This document shows, piece by piece, positions 1 to 11,817 of a stretch of DNA of 64,000 bases; position 1 is the stretch's first letter; each line of letters starts with the position of its first letter. Below the pieces are notes generated by a model, which saw nothing but the letters and a program-made list of their open reading frames with translations, was not told the DNA's origin and did no database searches. Origin of the DNA: Ginglymostoma cirratum (lineage: Eukaryota); NCBI GenBank assembly GCA_024137785.1, contig JAHRHZ010000018.1, positions 37,811,770 through 37,875,769 on the forward strand. The letters run 5' to 3'. Both the position numbers and the translations under genes were made by a program.

Positions 1-795
1 TGCAGTGGATGCTGAAGAACAGCCATGATCATATTAAATAGCGGAGCAGGCTCGAGGGGCTGAATTGTCTGCTCCTGCTCGTAATTCTTACTTTGCTTGG
101 ATGGGAGAGTTTTAGTTATGAAGCTGGATTGGATAGACGGGGGTTGTTTTCCTTGGAGCAGAGGAGACTGAGAGAGGACCTGATTGTGATGTATAAAATT
201 ATGAGGGGTACATAAAAGATAGACGGGGGCATAGATTTACAGTAAGGGGCACGAGGTTTAGAGGGGATGTGAGGAGAACATTTTTCATCCCAAGCATAGT
301 GGGAGTCAGGAGCTGAGTGCCTGTAAAGGTGGTAGAGCCAGAAACCCTTGTAATATTTAAGAAATGTTTAAATGTGTACTTGCTGTGCCAAGGCATACAA
401 GACAATGGGCAAAGTTCTGGAAAATGGGATTAAACTATGTTGGTGGTTGTTTTTGATCATAGCTGGAGTACAGTGTGTAGTTCTGGTCACCACACTACAG
501 GAAGGATGTGATTGTTCTGGACAAGGTGCATGGGAGATTCACCAGGATGTTACATGGCGCAGTTTAGCCACAAGGAGAAGCTGGATAATCTCAGATTGAT
601 TTCTTTAGAGCAGAGAAGGCTGAGAGGGGACCTGATTGGGGTGTATAAGATTATGACAGGCATGGACAGGGAGGATTGAAATCAGCTGTTCCCCTTAATG
701 TAAGGTAGGATTAGTATATATTTAGGGTAGGTCTTTTTTTTTGTTGGTGCTGACTCAATGCGCTGAAGGACCTCATCTGTACTATATGATTCTAT
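1..795 (+). mobile_element. Cluster of old CR1 LINE 3' fragments
   Basis: Repeated degenerate FSLEQRRLRGDLI-type coding (ttttccttggagcagaggagactgagagaggacctgat at ~146; ttctttagagcagagaaggctgagaggggacctgat at ~601) plus CR1 3'UTR-like ends. Confidence 0.8.
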
Positions 796-840
796 GGCAT
801 GCCCAGTCAGCCAGCAGTCACATACTGGTGTTATGATGTG

Positions 841-882
841 AACCAATTGATAACCAATTGATAACCAATTGATAACCAATTG
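841..882. repeat. 11-bp tandem repeat (AACCAATTGAT) x ~3.8
   Basis: Directly visible; abuts the 5' end of the CR1 copy. Confidence 0.95.
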
Positions 883-1486
883 AGGGATTGAGTTCCGGAG
901 CCGTGATGTCATGCTGCAACTGTACAAAACGCTAGTGCGGCCTCACTTGAAATATTGTGTACAGTTCTGGTCGCCCCATTACAGGAAGGATGTGGAAGCA
1001 TTGGAAAAGGTGCAGAGGAGATTTACCAGGATGTTGCCTGGTCTGGAGCGAAGGTCTTATGAGGAAAGACTGAGGGACTTGGGTCTGTTCTCATTGGAGA
1101 GAAGAAGGCTAAGAGGGGATTTAATAGAGACCTACAAAATGATCAGAGGATTAGATAGGGTGGACAGTGAGAGTCTTTTTCCTGGGATGATGAAGTCGGC
1201 TAGTACGAGGGGGCATAGCTGCAAATTGAGGGGTGATAGATTTAAGACAGATGTCAGAGGCAGGTTCTTTACTCAGAGAGTGGTAAGGGCGTGGAATGCC
1301 CTGCCTGCCAATGTAGTTAACTCAGCCACATTAGGGGCATTTAAACAGTCCTTGGATAAGCATAGGGATGATGATGGGATAGTGTAGGGGGCTGGGCTTA
1401 GATTAGTTCACAGGGCGGCGCAACATCGAGGGCCGAAGGGCCTGTTCTGCGCTGTATTGTTCTATGTTCTATGTTCTATGTTCTAT
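883..1486 (+). mobile_element. Young 5'-truncated CR1 LINE with uninterrupted ORF2 C-terminus (911-1387) and (GTTCTAT)4 tail
   Basis: ORF MLQLYKTLVRPHLKYCVQFWSPHYRKDVEALEKVQRRFTRMLPG...LFSLERRRLRGDLIETYK...FFTQRVVRAWNALP is the classic CR1 ORF2 C-terminus. The tail repeat is at 1459-1486. Confidence 0.95.
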
Positions 1487-1689
1487 AACCACTGTCTTAA
1501 TATTAAACATCTTTCTTTTGTATTTATTTTCAATTTAATCAATTCTGTGAAAATTGTGAAAATGATACTCGTACCAAGTGTGGCCTTGTAGCTAATCAGG
1601 ATGAGAAAACCTTTACATTGACTCTCTCAAACTCCATCCATAATTGTAATTAATTTAAATGTTACAATTAAAATAGAGGGAAGATGATC

Positions 1690-1800
1690 TCTTGTGGTGC
1701 ATTGGTAGTGTTCCTACCCTGGGACTGAAGAGACCTGAGTTCAAGTCTCACCTGCTCCAGAGTTGTGTATTAACATCTTTAAACAGGTTGTTTGGGTAAA
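1690..1800 (+). mobile_element. tRNA-derived SINE fragment
   Basis: A-box-like tggtgcattggtag and B-box-like gagttcaagtc; similar head at 9068. Confidence 0.6.
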
Positions 1801-3419
1801 ATAGACTAGACCACAAGCCTTACAACATCTTGCAGCTGCTCAGTGATTCAGGTGTTTCTTCTTGCGTATTTAGCGTATAAGTCCTCATTCACTATCAGGA
1901 CCAGTAGATTAACGTATAAACCAAAGCTGCATTTTTTGAAGGCAGCCATGAAGGCTGCCTAAAACATCTGAGCATGAATTGTTCAGCATTGGCCCTGGTA
2001 CATGTACAAATGAGCCCTGGGTCATTGCACTGCTAAATTTGTCACTCTTTTACCTGTTTCCTGCCTGACAAACAAAGGAAGCATTGTGCAGTTTAAACTC
2101 CAATTTAGTGAAGAGGCAGGGTTATGCCAAGAATAGAATTAGGTTTCACAATTTGAAATGAAATCACTTTAAAATAGCTGCCCTTTCTTCACTAAATGTA
2201 ATTCATTAAAAATTCACTTTAAGAAATCCTAATGTGCAAGAGGTTTACAGTAGCTCACTAAACATGCTGGAGAGAGACAGACTGAAGCTCATTTGATTAA
2301 TTCTCATGATTATCACTACAAGTCACTTTCACTTATTAAGTCTTGTTTAATATCATAATGAAGGTTTCCTGAACAGATATGATAATTCCAGTGAAAGTGA
2401 ACTAATGCCCTTTAACCATGGGGTTATATATATTTCATCAAGGCTAAATTTGTTCCTGTAATTCACTCCAAATGCGGCCTCCTTCGGAGCTCATCACCCT
2501 GCTCTAAAACATGATACCAACAAACCTTTACGTACCACTGCAGGAGCTTTATGTAAACTCATGCTGTGAGGTCAGAAGCAAGCTATCATTTGTGTGTCAT
2601 GCATATAATTTATTTTGCCTTTTCAGACTCTTCCTATTATTTTTATAGCACTTGAACGCTGAGGAAAACAAGATGAATGCTTTTATTTTTATTGCCATAG
2701 TGGGAAGACCTTTGCGTGTTGCCCCTGTTTTTTCACCCTAAAAATATAAATTCTGCAGTGGGACTTCCTGCTGTCAATAGGTGGAGGGGTCAGTCCTGCT
2801 ATTAAATCCATGGAGTTAGTTTTAAAATATCCCAAATATGCGAAAGTGGATTGATGATTGTTAAAGGCTGCTTTTAGAAATTTCAATGTCTAACCTGCTC
2901 AAGAAATTGGTTTATTTACTGAACAACAGAGTTTATTAAAAAATTCCTGAGGAACTAAGGAGCATTTGATATCAATGGAAAAACAGAAATGTAAGGAGGA
3001 ATCGTTTAAAGGTCAGAACAACATGGGCTCTGGTGAAAACTGTGACAGAAGCACTAAGAAATTCAGTGAGGCCAATCCGAATGAGGGTATAACTTGCTGC
3101 ATCTTTTAATCACATTCTAGGCAACGAGGCAAGAATTTTGCTAGGCAGTGGCAAGTTGCCTATTAAGGGGCATTATTGCTTGTTAACAACCTTTAAAACT
3201 GCACATCTCGCCTCATTAATATGGAGCTCTCTGTCCCTCTCTGTCTCACCTGCTACAAGCAAACTAAAAGCTGAAAATTCTTGACATGGAATGTACCTCA
3301 AAGCAAGTACCTGGCAAGTTCAGCTTGCCCCTTGCTCTGAAGAATCTCCATGCCGGATAAACGTCTTAGAACATATTCATAAACACTCGCCATATACACC
3401 TCACATCCATGGACATTGA

Positions 3420-3750
3420 CATCCAAAGTTTTAGTGAAGATCTGTAGCTTGGGTTGTGGTGAGTTTTTTGACTTGCTTGTTGAGCTGGCTTGTTCTCGTT
3501 CAGACATTTCGTCACCATGCCAGGTGACATCATTGGTGGAGCCTCTGATGAAGTGATGTTATTCTACTCTGCTTGGAATTTATACTATGTGGTCCATTGT
3601 GGTGAGTTGTGTCATTTCCGGTTTTGATCTGTATGGGTTTGTTTGTGGGGTCCAATTCTATGTGTTTGTTGACTGCGTGGAGAGCCATGCCTGTAGGAAT
3701 TCCTGTGCGTATCTGTGTTTGGCTTGGGCTACTATGGCTACTTTATCCCT
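3420..3750 (-). mobile_element. Penelope-like element 3' fragment (GIY-YIG C-terminus plus pLTR)
   Basis: Minus strand encodes AQAKHRYAQEFLQAW and NKHIELDP-like motifs, followed by a degenerate hammerhead (GTCACC-TGGCAT-GGTGAC GAAA). Confidence 0.7.
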
Positions 3751-4404
3751 TTGTTGGGACATCTTGGAATGAACCATCATCCATCATGTGCCAACCTCTA
3801 AGAACCATAATGGCACATCTTGGATCCCGTTACAGGATGCTTCTGCACCTTAATGCTGCTCTTAGGAATGCAACAGCACTTGTCATTGTAGTACTGCTGT
3901 AAGAACACAGTGCACTCGGGGACACACACACAGTTCATGAACTGGATCAGGCAGCATCTCTGAGCTGTTGGTTTCCTCTCCGAGAGATCACTCACTTTGA
4001 GCCTGCCTGGATGCTCACAGCATCCGTGCCTTGCCTTCCTTTTTTTTGAGACTTGCCCCTCAGACAGAGTTACCAGGTTGACAGTATTACTGTATTGCCT
4101 TGCTCTACAAAACTAGGAGGCTTGTCATGATTGTTTGCAGCCCTCAGTCAACTCAAGGGAGATAGCCTTTTGTCAAGGATCCTGGCACGGTAAGTCAAGG
4201 GCAACATCCAATACCGGTCCAGGGTTGATGGTGCAGAGGGCATACAGGGTTAGTGCTGTCAGGTGATTGGGGTGGGGGACAATAAGTAGGGGAAAATGTT
4301 GCAGGCGATGGTGAGGGTGGTGGAGCATGAATGTTGGTGTGAGGCAAGTACAGTAACAGAGACAGAGTGAGGCTGAGATATCAGAGCGAAGATGGTCACA
4401 GTTA

Positions 4405-4640
4405 TGCCTAGCGGAGTGGAGAAAGTCATTGACTTCCTTCCTCCATTGCGGGGCATTCCTCCAGACAGCTGAAACACTGCACTGACCTAGATGGCAACTT
4501 TGAACAAAGCTAGCACAGTCTAGTGTCATGGCCTCCACTTCTAGTCCTGGGGCTATTGGACATCCTGCACCCTACTGCTGGGACCCCAGGTCCCTTCCGA
4601 CAAAGTGGAGTGCCAGTTTTTCCTTCTCTGCCATGTCTGG
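4405..4640 (-). mobile_element. Decayed Harbinger Myb/SANT-like ORF; surrounding 3750-5150 is probably the same element
   Basis: AEKEKLALHFVGRDL ... VSAVWRNAPQWRKEVNDFLHSAR resembles the Myb-like helix (R..QCRKK.NDL) of Harbinger ORF2/NAIF1-type proteins. Confidence 0.55.
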
Positions 4641-5524
4641 AGTAAATATCAGGAACCATACACGATAGCTGCTGGCTAACAGTGTTTTCAGAATGTCCTT
4701 TTAATGATGGTGCTGGGGATGATGGTTCAATCCAGGATGTCCCAACAGTGGTGAGTTGTTCTGGATACGTGAGTGGTAGAATGGGGTGAGTGGTCCCACT
4801 CAACGTTGTGGAGAGTAACTCTTCATTAAACCTGATGAAACTGTCACTTAGCCAAAAGAAAAACAACACATAAGTTTCAGCTCGTAGCGTCTGACAGCAC
4901 TGTGGACGGACCTTAGTGTTTTTCAGCACTGAGACAGTTTCTGCAATTGCAGCCAGCAGGTTGGGGGGTGGCATTTGGCATGAGTGGAGTGAGACAGTTG
5001 AGTGGCAACCTAAGGATGAATCTGGAGGTGGTTGCACAAGAAATTAGAGAATCCAAATGCGTGGACGGCTGCAGAGTCAGCTCAGTGAATGAGGTGTGTA
5101 AGATCTGTAAGAGTTTTGGCAGAGGGTACACAGGAGCATTAAAACTATCTATGACAGCTGGTATCTGGTAACATCAGAACTAACTATGGCACAAGGCATC
5201 GACTGGACTAAACAATCGTGGGAACAATGGTGACAAGAAAAGTGATCATTTCCAGATATTCAGCCTCCAGAAATCTGAGTCAGGACTAAGTCTCACGGAG
5301 GAAATATTTCTAGAAATTTACAATGCCATCCAATCAACTTTATAAATCACGCAGATTTTTCTTTATCATTTACACCTTTATGAATGATACTTCTACCTGT
5401 AACTTTTCCAGAGGGGTAAGTGTAACATGGCAGATGTAATCAATTGTAGAAACATTTTCTATCAATTCAGCTGGCTGTGCATCTTCTCTCCCTTGTAAGC
5501 TGACTATAGCTGTGATCAAAATTT

Positions 5525-5765
5525 TCCCTGTGACTGCGTGCGTTTCCTCCGGGTGCTCCAGTTTCCTCCCACAGTCCGACGATGTGCAGATTAGGTAGAT
5601 TGGCCATGCTAAATTGCCCATAGTGTTCAGGGTGTTCAGGCTAGGTGTGTTAGCCATGGTAAATGCAGGGTTACAAGGTTAGGGAAGGTGGTGGGATGCT
5701 CTTTAGAGGGTCATTATGGACTTGATGGGCCAAATGACCTGTTTCCATATTGTGGGGTTCTAATC
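5525..5765 (+). mobile_element. HE1-type V-SINE fragment
   Basis: V-domain gtttcctccgggtgctccagtttcctcccacagtcc...gattggccatgctaaattgccc plus CR1-like 3' tail. Confidence 0.8.
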
Positions 5766-6169
5766 AAGGGTACGGCGACAACTTCCAGTGCAGCAGGTTA
5801 GGGACTGGAAACTCAAACAGGAATACAGCTCCTGACAGGTGTCCAGTAACTCTGCTGGAAGTGCTGATCTTGGGTGCAGCCTGAATTAAATTTGACTGTG
5901 AAACCCTGAAGTTGATCAAACTGCCTGTCAATGCTTATCAATGTTAAGAAACACATGTGATCAATAACCACTTTGCTTAAGTACTGAAAAGGAAACATGG
6001 ACTTTCTACATAATTCATTAGTCTACCTCATATTTTGGTAATTACACTTTTGCTTCCTTAACAGGATAGAATTTTCTTCTTTCACTAGAAAGTTAACCGA
6101 AAGAAAATAATGAATCAGTAATGCCAAAACTCACTCTGGCAACTGTACGTCCATATATAACGTTGAAAG

Positions 6170-6935
6170 ACAATATAAAATAGGGAGTACAATTCTAAAA
6201 GGGGTTCAAATGCAGAGGGACCTGGGTTTATCTGTGCACACTTCACTGAAATTAGCAGGACAGGTTGAGACAGAAGTTAATAAATCATAGAGTGTCCTTT
6301 GCTTTATTACTGGAGGCATAGAGTACAAAAGCAAGGAGGCAATGTTGAACTTGAAACGACACTTGTTAGACTTAAGGTTAGGCGGAGTATTGTGTACAGT
6401 TATGGACGCCAAAATATAGGAAGGATGTGAATGCACTGGAGAGTGTGCAGAAGTGGTTTACAAGAATGAGGTGGTGAGGAACTTCAGTTATGAAGAAAGT
6501 TTGCAGATGTTTGGATTGTTATCCTTGGAAAGAAGACAGCTAAGAGAAAATGGGTGGGGCGGGGTGTATTCAAAATCATGAGCAGGCTGAATAGAATAGA
6601 TAGGGAGAAACTGTCCCTGCTCAAGCTCATAAAAGAATCAAGAACCAGAGGGCACAGATTTAAAATGATTTGCAAAAAGAGCAAATGCAAGATGAGGAAC
6701 AAACCTTTTCACACAGCAAGTAGTGAGGGTATGGAGTCCACTGTCTTGAAGTGTGGTTGAGGCAGGTTCAATTGAGGCATTCAGGAGGGCAATGGTGATT
6801 TCTTAGATAGAAACAATGTGCGAGGGTATGGGGAAAAAGCAGGAGATTGGCAGTAGGTGATGACACTCATATGGAGAGCCGGCAGACACAAGGGGCCAAA
6901 TGGTCTCCTTCAGTGCCATAACTCTTCTGTAATTC
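6170..6935 (+). mobile_element. Degenerate CR1 LINE 3' fragment
   Basis: Frameshifted QRDLG, IEYKSKE and RTRGHRFK motifs followed by CR1 3'UTR. Confidence 0.85.
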
Positions 6936-9064
6936 AGTCAAATCTGAAGATACTGTTCCTGTTATATCCTACAGTGTTCTCTTTATTCCCCTTTACTCAG
7001 ACCTGCACTGTATTTTCTACAAATGCTTATCTGTGGCATGAGAATTTGTTACCTTATAAAAGTAAAGCTTAGACATTGTATTTTCTTATACACGCTATGC
7101 TTAATGCTTATAAGCGATGGCTTCCAATTTAATTTTCATAATATTATCAGGAGGGACCGAAAGAAGGAAACTGACTTATGATATATATCTTTTCTCAGGC
7201 CCCAACTGATCTTGCTGATTCACACTTATTTTACATTAGTAAATTTTCAGAAAATATAGGCAGATGTGCCTTCTGGCAATGTTGCTTTAGAAACCAATGT
7301 AAATGCCTTTTAATGACCATGGTATTCATAACATGGGGTGTAAATAAAAAAGGAGGAAAAAAAAGTGAGTGACTGATCCACTGTTACTTTTGACCATTGT
7401 ATTGACTCTGTTGGCAGTGTATCATGGTCTTGATATTCATCTTTGATTATGCGCATTCCTTGAATCATCTGTTATATCAGTGTTGCATTCCAACTAATTG
7501 CCTTGCTGCATCTGTGGAATTTTCACAGCAGCAGTCACCTGCTATTAGTCTCACAACATCCAGGGGCAGGCTACTGCTCATTTGAGTCTAAATTTATTAC
7601 ATTGGTCTAAAATTGATAAGCAGACTCTAATATATGGCATGCTGCACCTGAAAAGGACAAATCTGAAAGCAATGTTCAATGATGGCGTTTCAAATGATTG
7701 CCTCAATTAAGAAAAGTACTAAAGCTAAATTCATATTTTGTTTTAAAAAAGGTGGTTAGAAATTTTTATTCTGGCATAGAAGGTAAACGGCCCATTGTCA
7801 CATTGATTAAAAAGAGCTTGAGATGACTAGGGATGGCAATAGTTAAAGTCTTGGAAACTGATCTTTGAATTAATTTTTTTTGTACAGCAGTTCTCTCTCT
7901 CTTAAATATGTAAATCCTCAATTTATCTGTGATTACTCAGTAAAAGGCTGATGTGTGAGTGTGGCAGATTATAATAATATTCCATCCCCACCTCTGATCC
8001 TCTTTAGATCTTCTGCAAGCTTATTTTTTTCCATACCAGATATGAATAAAAGCTGTGCATGAGTTGGAAGAATGTATTATTTTAAAAGACTTGGGCTCTG
8101 AAATTGATTTCCTTGATGAGAAAAGGAAAGGTTTCCTTGTGACCTGTGAATTCACCTTGTAATCCTGCCACTGTATGAAGCTTTCCCTTCAGGCCAAAGA
8201 TGAAAATATTCTTGGTCTCAAAGCTGGAAAGGATTTAATTTTCATATTCATTACAATGGGTCTGCACAGCTGACGAGGGCTGGGCTTAGCAGACTATATC
8301 TCTTGTGATTAGAATGTGCTCTGCTGATGTTTTAGGGTCAGACTGTTTTAGTTGAAGCTGCGTTTCTTGAAATCAATCTTATGTTACAACTCTGTTACTT
8401 ATTAACTAATTTTGTTCTTAACTTATGATTTTAGCATTTATTATCATAGCCTTGTCCACTTTTGCAGCCTGATTTTCTTCTGGTTAGGAAAGCAGGTGAC
8501 TCAGCTGATCCTTTCATATTTTTCACACATTTCATGGAAACTGTAAAAGAACAGTTTCTTTAAAAAATCTGAACAATCCTCAGACTGTCACGCTGTGTTT
8601 AGTTTGATCACAGAGGTCAAAGGTCTAGACTTCCTTACTGTTATCATGATAACATTTCAGTAGAATCCAGTCAGACCAGGGATTAGTAGGTGGAATCTTG
8701 TCCCTTTTTAAAATAATTTTGGGGCAGGACCCAATTCCAGGTCCTGACCCTGCATTTAATGCACCTACCGGCATTATCTTCCAAAACACAGCCTCCAAAA
8801 TGGCTACGTCTGGCTTCACTGTTCAACTCAGGGCAAAGGCAGAGCATCCAATCAGAGGCTATTGCCAGATCGGGACTGTGCTCCAAATAGATTTGTAAAT
8901 TTCAAACATTATGTCTGGCTTGTGTGTGTGTGTCTGTGTGCTTGACGTGTGCCAGATGTAGAGGGCCTGCTCCCTGACTGGAAGATCCTGGTGACTTCCT
9001 CAATCAGCCTAATATGTCACAACATGCCTGAAGAGGTTGATTCAAGGTACCTTTTGTAGCAGGG

Positions 9065-9302
9065 CGCTTGTGGTGCAGTGGTAATATTCCTGCTTCTGAA
9101 GCTAGAGGTCTAAGTTCAAGTCCCACTTGCTTTGGAGATGTGTCATAATATTCCTCAACAGGTTAGGTGGATTAGCCATGGGAAATGCAGGGTTGCTGGG
9201 AGGAGCTGAGTCTGGGTAGGATGTTTTTCAGAGAGTCAATGCACACTCGATGGGCTGAATGGCCTCTATCTACATTGTAGGAATTCTATGATTCTATGAT
9301 TC
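9065..9302 (+). mobile_element. SINE: tRNA head joined to HE1/CR1-like 3' end with (ATTCTATG) tail
   Basis: tggtgcagtggtaa...gttcaagtccc head; ggtggattagccatgggaaatgcaggg body; attctatgattctatgattc tail. Confidence 0.7.
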
Positions 9303-10379
9303 AAATTGGCTATGTGTCACTGCCAGCTGGATAGATGCTACTGATGACGCTCCACTCCAAGCAAGAATGCCCCTGGAAGTGGGAATGTGTCAGCTTGCTG
9401 ACCTGATGCCCATTACAGAGTTGTAGCTGCCTAGTCACCACTTCAGACCTGAAGAGAGATAAGTAATTGATTCACACACAATCACAACTTGGGTCAAGTC
9501 AAAGAAGGTGGCGTATAGAGCATTTTCAGACCCTTAGTATTTTCACATAGAGGCTACCAGCTCATGCGCACACAATTACCAAACAAGAAACATGGCTGAA
9601 CTCCATGTTAGAAGTGTACAATTTCAGTACACTCCACATAAACAGTATTGTTTCATATTGTGCAACGTACTTCCAAACCAACATCAATAATTTGTTTGAA
9701 TTTAGACAGGTACTTTCAATTCTCTATCTGTAAACTGGTTCCCCCTCAACGTAGTATCGATTCACAGGTGAAATCACAAAGAAAAGTCCTATGACATTAG
9801 GTTCCATTTCCCACTGACTTGATGAGAAACAGGATATGTGTTCAAATGTTATTTTTCTAATTATACCGCAAATACCACATAGCTGCTCTAAGTGCTCAGC
9901 TAGGTCTTAGTGGCATAAAACTCAGACAAACAAGATAAATTCAAGACCAAAACATTTAGCTGGAGTTGCCAGAGGTGTGGATAGAAGGACAACCTTGTGT
10001 ACTTATAAATTCCCCTGGACTTATTAAGAATATTTCTTTTGAAAAATAGATTGGGCTACATGTCAATTTTTAACGCCTAAACATTTAATATTTCTTGGTC
10101 AGAAAAATCCCGCCGAAAGCATGGCATTCTCCATTAGATGTGTTCAATCTTTCTTGAGTTCTATTCTTCTCTGGAATGTGGGACTAATACACAGACAGTC
10201 GAGCAGAAAATCAAGGCCCTGGTGTCTAGTGACAAAGCACTACCATGGAATGGAATGGTTTGAGAATTTCAAAAGTCGTTGTTTGATCTCACGCTGTGGC
10301 TGTTACAGTGACTCACTTAGCAGAGGTCTGGAATTTCCCCAGAGAGTAGTTGATAGGGAGCTAGTCACTTCACAGGACA

Positions 10380-11020
10380 TTATTAGACAAAATCTGACAC
10401 CACGTGTCATAAGGAGAGATTAGTGCAGGTGTAGATTTTAAGGGGTTAAGAAATTTGAGAGACAGAGAGATGTAGGGAGAGAATTCCAGAGCTTTGGACT
10501 TTGGCAGCTGAAGACTCACCATCAATAGGAATCAGGAATGCTGAAGAGGCCGGACTTAAAGGAATATAGATACCTCAGAGGGTTGTACAACTAGCCAAGA
10601 TCACAGAGACAGGGAGAGAGAAAATCCATTGTGAACTTCAAAAACAAAGCTGTGAGTGTAGTGGTGAGGAGATCAGAACCTACAATGACAAAATGTTAAT
10701 TATTGCATCCTTTATAAATTATCCTCAATAGAATTTAAGGAGGACTTCGACAGGTTTTTAAATAGTAGTGGGTTGAAGAATTATAGATAGTGGCAGGCAA
10801 GTGGAGCTGAGGCCGAGATGGGATCAGCTGTGAACATATTGAGTGGTGGGGAAGGCTTGAGGGGCTCAATTGCCTATTCCTGCCCCTAGTTCTTATTTTT
10901 TTGTCAAGAGATATGGGCCAAACACTGGCAAATGGGATTAGTTTAGTTTAGGTTACCTGGTCAATAAGGACAAATTGGACCGAAGGGTCTGTTTCCATCC
11001 TATGACTGTATGACTCTGTA
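10380..11020. mobile_element. L2-like fragment (10380-10640) followed by two CR1 3'-end fragments (10740-11020, +)
   Basis: gggagagaattccagagctt...ggcagctgaag is typical of minus-strand L2 3' ends; ggaccgaagggtctgtttcc...tgtatgactctgt is a CR1 tail. Confidence 0.55.
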
Positions 11021-11611
11021 TAAAAATCCAGCTCCCAGCTAATGTGAGAAGCCATCGGTTTAAAATAAATTTGTAAACCCTTTGATGTGAAATAGGTGTT
11101 GGTAGTTAAACGGTGATCATAAAATAGTAACTATATTTCATATACAGATTACAAACAGAAGTGTTTTAGTAAATAAAATAAATTTAGCAATACTTCCACC
11201 AACATAGTGCTTTTAACATTGTCAACTCTTTTAAGCATTATTGATTGGTTCTTTGAAATGCACAAATTATTATCTCGACAAATATTAAAGGATGCATTAT
11301 ATACTATTCCAGTGTTTGATTTTGGGCTGATCTTACTGTCTTGCCAAATAATAATTGACATGGTTAAAAGTAATGAGGTACACACAGTGTCAGTTTCATT
11401 GCTGCAGAATTATGTTCTCCACTGTTATTGTAGATATTCTTGAAATATAGTGCGACCAACAACATTTAGTTTAGCCTTAATAACTACCATTTGGAAGCAT
11501 CTTGGCAATTGTATTACCTGTGCAGTCTTGCAGGCAATATCCCTACCATTCTAATGCAAAAATATGTAAATATGTCATATTGACAGCAACCAAATTATTG
11601 CATCATTCGAA

Positions 11612-11817
11612 TAAAGGCAAAATACTCCAGATGCTACAAATCTGAAACAAACAAAGAAATTACTGGAGAAACTCAACAGTTCTGGCAGCATCTGTTGAGA
11701 GAGATCAGGGTTCCAGTTCTGAAGAAGTCATTACAGACTTGAAATCTTAGCTCTGTTTCTCTTTCCACACATGTTGCCAAAGCTGCTGAGTTACTGCAGC
11801 ATTCTCTGTTTGTTATT
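11612..11817. mobile_element. Penelope-derived foldback (inverted pLTR) element, degenerate
   Basis: Arms ctcaacagttctggcagcatctgt / acatgttgccaaagctgctgag, with CTGAAGA...GAAA at 11719-11744. Confidence 0.7.

Noticed and set aside
841-882. CRISPR-like array
   Set aside because: Spacer-less 11-bp tandem repeat in a vertebrate genome.
911-1387. 158-aa ORF as a host gene
   Set aside because: It is the CR1 ORF2 C-terminus, followed by a CR1 tail.
1690-1760. tRNA gene
   Set aside because: Degenerate A/B boxes without a cloverleaf; SINE head.
4173-5171. Overlapping 72-175 aa ORFs as a gene
   Set aside because: GC-richer decayed transposon sequence; only a short Myb-like remnant is recognisable.
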